Positions 63,346 to 64,000 of a stretch of 64,000 nt of DNA are shown here, piece by piece. A program made the translations under genes and the position numbers. The notes beneath the pieces are model-generated. The model saw only the letters and a program-made list of their open reading frames with translations, ran no database searches and had not been told where the DNA came from. Source of the DNA: Octopus sinensis (taxonomy: Eukaryota); assembly GCF_006345805.1 (NCBI RefSeq), contig NC_042998.1:186062001-186126000 (forward strand), given 5' to 3'. The stretch's first letter is position 1. Each line of letters begins with the position of its first letter.

Positions 63346-63726
63346 AAACTTTATTGCTCACAATGATCATATCAACACATCCTTCATTGATCCCACATGG
63401 GTGGAAAACTATACAACAAGTTGTGGTGCATCCCTTGGTGCAGAAGCAACTTGTTAGGTGATGTAATAAAAGATATCTTGTTAAATTAACTCTTTCAATC
63501 AGATTTAATACATCATGTTGTTAGTGACTGTAGGTTTAAGCCATTGGGCAGGAATGGCAAGGGACAGATTCTGTTGCAAAGTTATTGATCCATAAGGGAA
63601 ATAAATAAGAAAATTAATGAGGTGCTTCTGCACTGCAGGCTGCACCACAACTAGTTGTATAGTTCCCCACCCACAAGGGATTCATGCAGGATGTGTCATA
63701 ACAATCATAAGTAAGCAATAAAGTTT
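63346..63726. mobile_element. Fold-back/MITE-like element with about 105-bp diverged terminal inverted repeats
   Basis: Left aaactttattgc..cacatcc..actatacaacaagttgtggtgca..gtgcagaagca; right tgcttctgcac..tgcaccacaactagttgtatagt..ggatgtg..gcaataaagttt. Confidence 0.75.
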
Positions 63727-64000
63727 ATTGTGTATTCCATTTTCTATCTCTATCATTTGTTTTATGCTCAATGTACACAGAGGAATTCCTGAGGAGATCC
63801 TGCAACAATTGTGTAATTACCATGGATGACACCAGGTAGCCATTGGTAGTGAATATGTTTTATCAGCATACTACTAGGAACATATCCAACACTTAAATAT
63901 ATATATATATATATATATATATCTAATATAGGATAACATTTTTTGAAAAAAATTTTATCAATGGCCAGCATATTAAAAAAAACCTTTAAGGGTTAAATTT

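Overview
AT-rich, repeat-saturated eukaryotic DNA. The SINE and LINE families resemble those I know from octopus genomes, so the taxon is an inference. The only host-gene coding sequence I can support is one 71-bp internal exon (26115-26185, +) encoding [23 protein letters not shown], the N-terminal suppressor-domain segment of an inositol 1,4,5-trisphosphate receptor (ITPR). I could not find its neighbouring exons, so the rest of the window is probably two very large ITPR introns (>26 kb and >37 kb). These introns hold about 20 copies of an RTE LINE 3' UTR with (GAT)n tails, several tRNA-derived SINE families, CR1-group LINE fragments and an interrupted R4/Dong-clade restriction-like-endonuclease retrotransposon. 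DNA transposons include a DD36E Tc1 (two copies), a DD37D maT mariner, a hAT/Charlie transposase relic, and Merlin-like, mariner-like and fold-back MITEs; there is also a near-identical 1.08-kb tandem duplication. The most interesting signal is a Penelope-like module at about 9.5-10.6 kb. It contains a nearly intact type I hammerhead ribozyme with an extended stem II and a self-complementary stem III, a half hammerhead, and a 338-bp fold-back. A further degenerate minimal hammerhead lies at 48.5 kb. Almost all ORFs in the supplied track are spurious (microsatellites or antisense repeats). All coordinates and identities were read by eye; no searches were run.
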